Assembly: GCA_017396395.1 (NCBI GenBank)
Contig: JAFQMF010000018.1
Span: 25,945-89,944 of the forward strand
Origin: Clostridia bacterium
GTDB taxonomy: Bacteria > Bacillota > Clostridia > RUG12999
Direction: 5' to 3'
DNA length: 64,000 nt
This document shows, one piece after another, positions 58,601-64,000 of this stretch. Below the pieces are notes generated by a model that saw only the letters and a list, made by a program, of their open reading frames with translations, had not been told where the DNA came from and ran no database searches. How positions within the stretch are numbered: position 1 is the first letter of the stretch; the number at the start of each line of letters is the position of its first letter. The translations under genes and the position numbers were made by a program.

Positions 58601-58629
58601 ATTATACCACTTTCCAATATGATTGTCAA
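58601..58629 (-). promoter_or_regulatory. consensus sigma-A promoter of the ilvE leader
   Basis: Minus strand: TTGACA (58629-58624), 17 nt, TATAAT (58606-58601). Confidence 0.75.
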
Positions 58630-58991
58630 GCTATTTTTCGACTTTTTTAACTTACCAAAAGTCCGTTTCTTCACATTTTAATTATCAATTTGAAATTTAC
58701 AATTTATTAATATATAGTTCATTATTATTTCATAACTGCCTGCTATAATTTAAAATGTAAGGAAGAAAAACCAATACCTTACAAACATTTTTGCAGTGCG
58801 ACGCCTTTTAAAAAGACGCGATACTAATAGATTTTTTCATATCATACTCCCAAAAGAAAACAGCGTAGGACTACTCCCCCTTCGCTGTTTTCGCCTTTTA
58901 TTAAAATATATTTTTAAAATTGTAGATATTATAAAAAACCCTGCATATAATAAATATTGCAGGAATTTTTATAAAGGCAGGTGAAATACTT

Positions 58992-59138
58992 TTGAATATT
59001 GAACATAAAAAAGAAAATCCGCCTAAAGACAAAGAAATGTTAAGTTATAATTATCAGGAAAGTTTTGAACATATAAAAGGGGATTTGGAGGATTTTATTT
59101 TCTCTTTTTTTGATAGCAAAAAGCATTCGGAAAAATGA
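58992..59138 (+). CDS. possible 48-aa small protein (TTG start)
   Basis: TTG 58992 lies 9 nt after AGGCAGGTGA; in-frame to TGA 59136-59138; a terminator follows immediately. No homology recognised. Confidence 0.25.
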   Translation: MNIEHKKENPPKDKEMLSYNYQESFEHIKGDLEDFIFSFFDSKKHSEK

Positions 59139-59170
59139 AAAACCGATGTGAGTGTAACACATCGGTTTTT
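59138..59170. terminator. bidirectional terminator (small ORF / SGNH hydrolase gene)
   Basis: AAAAACCGATGTG-agtgtaa-CACATCGGTTTTT. Confidence 0.8.
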
Positions 59171-59174
59171 GTTT

Positions 59175-60182
59175 TTACTTTTCTAACATTTTACGAAGCA
59201 CTGGCTCTATTTTATTTGCCATTCTGTAATGACCAAGGTCGTTGGGATGAATTGTATCAGAAGTGCAAAGCTGTCTGTCTGTTTCTCCAAACAGCTCACG
59301 GCCTGGAATAAAGTAAATATTTTTATCCCCTCTGTCAACAGAATTTTTATATGTGGTATATACTACCTCTTCTCTTTTATCTGCATCGTCAATATAGTCA
59401 TAATCCACTGCACTCATAAGTAACATGGGAATATCAGGGTGAGCATCTCTTATAACTCTGAAGAAAGGCTCGTGGCTTTCCTTTAAAAGCTGTGCAGTGT
59501 TTGCATTATGGTCATATTCCATTACAAATGCAGAAAAATCAAGACTTGCAATATACTCTGCAACATCAAGCTGACCTCTTGCACTGCCTGCAAGACCAAA
59601 GTTTATAAAGTTCATATTTAATTTTTCAGAAAGCATAGAAACAAAGCAGTTGGAAACTCTGCAGGCAGAACCTGCTTCTGTAATTGAGGACCCGTAGAAA
59701 AGTACGGGCTTTTCGTATTTATAGGGAGTAGGTTCTTCCACCTGTGCATCATCATCAATGTCCACTACAACATTTTCTACAATTTCATTTCGGGGAATAA
59801 AGATTGTTACATCCTGCATTTCTCCGCTTAATTTAAAGGTCTGCTGAAATTCCTTCTGCTCGTATCCGTTAGGATATACAAGTCCCAAAAACTTCATCTG
59901 ACCGGGTGCACCCACAAAAATGTCTGCAGACTGAACTGTGTAAATAGAAAGTCCTATATCAACACTGAGGGTTTCAAGCTTAATATGTACGGTAAGATTT
60001 TTTGAATTTGTTTTAAATCTTATTCTTCCGCCACCGCATCTTCCGCCTATAATTTTATATAATTTGTATTTTTCTCTTAAGTATCCAGGCATTTTACAAA
60101 GGCTTCCGTCCTTTTCAAACATTGGCACTCCATATACTTTTAAAGGTTTATCTTTATAGCTGTATGATTTCATTTCAGACAC
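59175..60182 (-). CDS. SGNH/GDSL hydrolase family protein with N-terminal beta-rich domain
   Basis: 335 aa. Block I FYGSSIT (Ser nucleophile), block V DTIHPN. Confidence 0.7.
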   Translation of the reverse strand: MSEMKSYSYKDKPLKVYGVPMFEKDGSLCKMPGYLREKYKLYKIIGGRCGGGRIRFKTNSKNLTVHIKLETLSVDIGLSIYTVQSADIFVGAPGQMKFLGLVYPNGYEQKEFQQTFKLSGEMQDVTIFIPRNEIVENVVVDIDDDAQVEEPTPYKYEKPVLFYGSSITEAGSACRVSNCFVSMLSEKLNMNFINFGLAGSARGQLDVAEYIASLDFSAFVMEYDHNANTAQLLKESHEPFFRVIRDAHPDIPMLLMSAVDYDYIDDADKREEVVYTTYKNSVDRGDKNIYFIPGRELFGETDRQLCTSDTIHPNDLGHYRMANKIEPVLRKMLEK

Positions 60183-60480
60183 CTTCCTCTTATATAAATT
60201 CTTACACTATTATACCCCTTTTGACAGTGAAAGTCAAGGTATTAAGAGTATTTTGTAAAACTTCTTTTATTTTATCGGTTTTTTAAAAATAGATAATAAA
60301 AACGCCTTGTTTTCCTGTCGTGATTTAAGGGAATTTTGGGTACTGTTTTTATGGAAATCGTCTGTGAATTATGGTATAATAAAAAGTGTAAAAACACAAC
60401 ATATTGTGGTTTTATTTTTTGTCGATATTTATATATTGATTTATTTTACATTAATTACCATTCACCTTGGAGGAAAAATT

Positions 60481-60768
60481 ATGACCAGTAAACTTACTAC
60501 AAGCCTTATATTTGAAAAGGAAGGGTTTCGTCTTGATTATTATATTTTAACAACAGAAACTAAAATTGAGGAAAAAGCATTAAATACCTATGGAGTTAAA
60601 ATAATTCAATCTCCTTTAAACGCCTTTTCTTCCATTCCCTATATGTGCAGTCATATGACGGATATTTTCTGCACCCTTAACGAAGCGGAGGAGTTTTGTA
60701 AATTTTTAGCAGAGGGAGAAGTGGAGCCTGTTCATTTTTTTGATATACTTGATGAATATATAGCTTAA
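60481..60768 (+). CDS. hypothetical protein
   Basis: ATG 60481 behind GGAGGAAAAATT; 95 aa. The ORF-track start at 60307 runs through a promoter-like TGGTATAAT at about 60371. Confidence 0.5.
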   Translation: MTSKLTTSLIFEKEGFRLDYYILTTETKIEEKALNTYGVKIIQSPLNAFSSIPYMCSHMTDIFCTLNEAEEFCKFLAEGEVEPVHFFDILDEYIA

Positions 60769-60895
60769 ATTCCTCTGATACATACCACATTTAAGAAAAT
60801 TTATTTACAACTTTTAAAGAATTAAAAATATGTTATTGACTTTTTTCAGCCTCAGTGATAAAATTTATAAAAATAAAATATTTGAGGTGTAAAAA

Positions 60896-61375
60896 ATGAG
60901 AAAAATAATTTCTGTTACTTTAGCAATACTAATGGCTTTATCAAGTCTGATGTTATCCTCCTGCGAAACGAAAGAAAGCGGGAAATCAGAAACCTTTTCT
61001 ATTAAAATAAGCTGTGAAACAGTTCTTGAAAATAAGGATAAACTACCTGAGGAAAAAAGAGAGCTAGTCCCTGAAAATGGCATTTTTTATGAAAATGACC
61101 ATCTGGAATTTTCGCAGGGCCAGACACTTTACCAGGTTTTAAAAACATTAATGCAAAAAGAGAAGATTCATATTGATTTTAATACCTCTAACTCCTTTGG
61201 AAGTGTGTATGTAAGGGGAATTGGAAACATTTATGAGCTGGATTGCGGTAATCTTTCAGGATGGTTTATGAAAATAAACGGGGAATTTCCAAACGAAGAC
61301 TGCGGGAGCTATAAGGTTAAGCAGGGTGATATAGTAGAATTTTTATATACCTGCAATATGGGAGAGGACCTGTAA
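60896..61375 (+). CDS. DUF4430-like lipoprotein
   Basis: 159 aa. Lipobox MLSSC. C-terminal GW.....G......C..YK.K.GD...F..T pattern, typical of DUF4430 (transcobalamin-like fold). Confidence 0.6.
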   Translation: MRKIISVTLAILMALSSLMLSSCETKESGKSETFSIKISCETVLENKDKLPEEKRELVPENGIFYENDHLEFSQGQTLYQVLKTLMQKEKIHIDFNTSNSFGSVYVRGIGNIYELDCGNLSGWFMKINGEFPNEDCGSYKVKQGDIVEFLYTCNMGEDL

Positions 61376-61475
61376 CTGCTAAAGGAACTTTATAGTAAGT
61401 TTTACTCCCTTTTAAAATTGTTATATAGTCAGCCTATATTGAATCATACCACTATTGCGTGATTTTTGTTATGCA

Positions 61476-61508
61476 AAAAGCCCTGTCCAAGTTTTGGACA
61501 GGGCTTTT
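61476..61508. terminator. bidirectional terminator
   Basis: AAAAGCCCTGTCCAA-gtt-TTGGACAGGGCTTTT. Confidence 0.85.
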
Positions 61509-61522
61509 AATATTTGCCTCTC

Positions 61523-61801
61523 TTATGCGTTTTCTTTATGCTTTGCAAAGCATTCGCTACAATACACAGGCTTGTCGTTTCTGGGTTCAAAAGGTACCTG
61601 AGCTTCTGCACCGCATTCGTCACAGATAACAGTGTACATCTTTCTTTCTCCCTTTAAACTGTTTTTGCGTGCAATTCTGCAGTCCTTACAACGAGTAGGT
61701 TCATTCTGGAAACCTTTCTCTGCGTAAAATTCCTGTTCACCAGCTGTGAATACGAATTCATTACCGCAATCCTTACACACTAATGTTTTGTCTTCGAACA
61801 T
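61523..61801 (-). CDS. zinc-ribbon protein with four CxxC pairs (CxxC-x17-CxxC type)
   Basis: 92 aa. CKDC..x17..CKDC and CDEC..x17..CSEC. Confidence 0.65.
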   Translation of the reverse strand: MFEDKTLVCKDCGNEFVFTAGEQEFYAEKGFQNEPTRCKDCRIARKNSLKGERKMYTVICDECGAEAQVPFEPRNDKPVYCSECFAKHKENA

Positions 61802-61926
61802 TTTTCTCCCTCACTTTTTGTTTTTTCCCAAAAGCCCTAACGACTAACCTGTTTAAATAGTTCTTCCTTAAAGGTTTTCGAGGTTTATATATCAACATAA
61901 AAATGTTTGATATCCCAGCAATTTTT

Positions 61927-62574
61927 CTAATACATCAATTCATTATAATACTTTTCCAGCTTTTTCTTAATACGCTGAAGTGCGTTATCAATTGATTTTA
62001 CAGGCTTTCCCGTTTTCTCCGAAATTTCCATATAGGTACATCCGCCAAGATAAAACTCCAGTACTTTCTTTTCATATTTGCTGAGAGTTTTCATTATTTT
62101 TTCGTCCATACCTCTGTAGCTTTCTTCAATTAAAACACGCTCCTCAGGATTGTCTGAGGAATCACTCTCAATAATGTCAATAACAGTACGGCTTTCGCCA
62201 TTTTCGTTATTGTCATAAACAGGGCAACTGAAGGAAATATAAGTATTAAGAGGAAGATGTTTTTGCCGTGTTGCGGATTTTATTGCAGTTATAATTTGTC
62301 TGTTGATGCATATTTCGGCAAACCCCTTAAAAGAGGCTTCCCGTTCACACTTGTAGTCCCTGATTGCCTTAACAAGGCCAATCATACCCTCCTGTATAAT
62401 GTCCTCTCTGTCCGCACCTACTAAAAAGTAGCCTCTAGCCTTAGAAAGAACAATGCATTTATACTTAGTCACCAAAAACTCAAATGCACATTCATCTGTT
62501 TTTGCCAATTCAACCAGCTCATCATCTGCTTTGTCAAGGTATTGTTTAAAATAAGGGGTATCTGTTTCTGTCAT
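61927..62574 (-). CDS. sigH: sporulation sigma factor SigH
   Basis: 215 aa. DREDIIQEGMIGLVKAIRDY.. region 2 and a C-terminal HTH (YMEISEKTGKPVKSIDNALQRIKKKL), typical of sigma-H. Confidence 0.8.
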   Translation of the reverse strand: MTETDTPYFKQYLDKADDELVELAKTDECAFEFLVTKYKCIVLSKARGYFLVGADREDIIQEGMIGLVKAIRDYKCEREASFKGFAEICINRQIITAIKSATRQKHLPLNTYISFSCPVYDNNENGESRTVIDIIESDSSDNPEERVLIEESYRGMDEKIMKTLSKYEKKVLEFYLGGCTYMEISEKTGKPVKSIDNALQRIKKKLEKYYNELMY

Positions 62575-62830
62575 TTATTTCTCCTTGTAAGCCTATCATT
62601 TTTACTATGGTAGATTCTTCAAATACCTGTAAATTTTTAAATAAAACAAGCCGTCAAATAACATATGCATTTTATGATATGTGTATATTATATAATAATT
62701 TTTATATTTTGTCAAGTACTTTTTGTAATATTTCACAAAAATACAAATTTCTGCAAATTTTTTTATCTTTACAAGAGAGCATATTTATGGTAGAATATAG
62801 TTAACTATTAAATAGAGGCAGGATTAATTT

Positions 62831-64000
62831 ATGTCAGACAGACAGAAAAATATACGAAACTTTTGTATAATTGCACATATTGACCATGGAAAATCTACTT
62901 TGGCAGACAGGCTTCTGGAGCACACCGGTATTGTATCACAAAGGGATATGGAGCAACAGCTTCTTGATAATATGGAGCTGGAAAGAGAAAGAGGTATCAC
63001 CATTAAAGCCCGTGCAGTAAAGCTTGATTATAAAGCAAGTGACGGTTGTGAATACACTCTTAATCTTATTGATACTCCGGGGCATGTGGATTTTAACTAT
63101 GAGGTATCCCGAAGTCTTGCAGCCTGTGAAGGTGCTGTGCTTGTTGTGGATGCGGCACAGGGTATTGAGGCTCAAACTCTTGCAAACACCTATCTTGCAG
63201 TTGAGCACGATTTGGAGCTTGTGCCTGTTATAAATAAAATTGACCTTCCCAGTGCAAGGCCCGACTTTGTGAAAAATGAAATTGAGGATGAAATTGGTAT
63301 TCCTGCTCAGGATGCACCTCTTATTTCTGCTAAAAATGATATAAATATTGATGCTGTACTGGAACAGATTGTACAGCTTGTTCCACCCCCTTCGGGAGAT
63401 GAAAATGCTCCTTTAAAGGCTCTTATTTTCGACTCGGTATATGACAGCTATCGTGGTGTAATTGTGTATGTGCGTTTAAAAGAAGGCAGCGTAAAGGCAG
63501 GGGACAGAGTGCGTATGATGGCTCACGGCTCTGAATTTGATGTAGTAGAGGTTGGATATATGCGTCCTCTTGGTCTTGAGCCTTGTAAAGAGCTGAAATC
63601 AGGAGAGGTTGGATACATTACTGCAAGTATTAAAAATGTTTCTGAAACCTCTGTGGGCGATACTGTAACAAATGCACACAATCCCACATCTGAGCCTCTT
63701 TCAGGATACAGAAAAGCTGTTCCTATGGTGTTTTCAGGGATATATCCCGCAGACGGTGCAAAATATCCCGATTTGCGTGATGCACTTGAAAAATTACAGC
63801 TTAATGATGCCTCCTTGTCCTTTGACCCTGAAACCTCAGTTGCTTTAGGGTTTGGTTTTCGTTGCGGTTTTCTGGGACTTTTGCATATGGAAATTATTCA
63901 GGAGCGTTTAGAGCGTGAATATAATCTTGACCTTGTTACAACAGCTCCCAGCGTTATCTATAAAATAGGTCTTACTAACGGCACCGAAATTACTCTTGAT
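62831..64000 (+). CDS. lepA: elongation factor 4 (LepA), 5' partial at window end
   Basis: Absent from the ORF track because it has no stop in the window. My translation from ATG 62831 gives [30 protein letters not shown]..., later DTPGHVDF and NKIDLP. The frame stays open to 64000. Confidence 0.9.
   Translation, partial: MSDRQKNIRNFCIIAHIDHGKSTLADRLLEHTGIVSQRDMEQQLLDNMELERERGITIKARAVKLDYKASDGCEYTLNLIDTPGHVDFNYEVSRSLAACEGAVLVVDAAQGIEAQTLANTYLAVEHDLELVPVINKIDLPSARPDFVKNEIEDEIGIPAQDAPLISAKNDINIDAVLEQIVQLVPPPSGDENAPLKALIFDSVYDSYRGVIVYVRLKEGSVKAGDRVRMMAHGSEFDVVEVGYMRPLGLEPCKELKSGEVGYITASIKNVSETSVGDTVTNAHNPTSEPLSGYRKAVPMVFSGIYPADGAKYPDLRDALEKLQLNDASLSFDPETSVALGFGFRCGFLGLLHMEIIQERLEREYNLDLVTTAPSVIYKIGLTNGTEITLD

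Noticed and set aside
60307-60480. Long N-terminal extension of the hypothetical gene (track start 60307)
   Set aside because: The extension crosses a promoter-like TGGTATAAT and has no RBS. ATG 60481 has GGAGG upstream.
62607-63233. Track ORFs 62607-62804 (+), 62936-63208 (-) and 63024-63233 (+)
   Set aside because: The first lies in the AT-rich sigH/lepA promoter region and has no RBS. The other two lie inside lepA in wrong frames, and lepA itself (62831 onward) shows canonical GTPase motifs.
1-64000. CRISPR arrays, rRNA genes and large dispersed repeats
   Set aside because: I saw no regularly spaced direct repeats with unique spacers and no rRNA-like segments. The only tandem repeats are the short AATATAAC units and the protein-level PEGA-like modules.

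Overview
This is a low-GC Firmicutes/Clostridia chromosomal segment from a spore former (spoIIGA-sigE, sigH, an SLH-anchored surface protein). It is mostly core housekeeping. I support about 60 CDS, one tRNA-Leu(CAA), one T-box leader, one TPP riboswitch, several sigma-A-type promoters and many intrinsic terminators. I saw no rRNA, CRISPR array, transposase or integrase. Layout: (1) mtaB and spoIIGA-sigE. (2) A T-box-led + strand operon: SSS symporter, amidohydrolase, acyl-CoA ligase, iorAB, paaK, ACT protein. (3) A ~3 kb Type II restriction-modification cassette beside tRNA-Leu, the only clearly accessory insert: C protein, compact HNH nuclease, N4/N6 MTase, HTH-fused C5 MTase. (4) A long minus-strand housekeeping block: FAD protein, rarA, split transketolase, mrnC, cysS, pgsA, rimO, recX, recA, cinA, ispA, xseBA, tsaD-like, nusB, asp23. 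(5) A 1359-aa SLH/PEGA-like wall protein, cysE and TPP-riboswitch-thiT. (6) EF-G paralog, lysC, pfkA, MATE, ispG, then ddl with a membrane-anchored MurF paralog and a hydrolase. (7) araC-rhaA. (8) A minus-strand ilvE / P-loop ATPase / four-subunit 2-oxoacid:ferredoxin oxidoreductase / XRE-cupin / acyl-CoA synthetase block. (9) sigH and lepA (partial). The most interesting signals are regulatory. A 22-codon leader ORF with 13 Leu/Ile/Val codons sits between a consensus promoter and a strong terminator upstream of ilvE-VOR. A T-box whose specifier reads UAC (Tyr) precedes the IOR/PaaK operon. Together they suggest two starvation-gated acyl-CoA ligase plus oxidoreductase modules working in the biosynthetic (reductive carboxylation) direction. 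That is inference from sequence only and needs testing.
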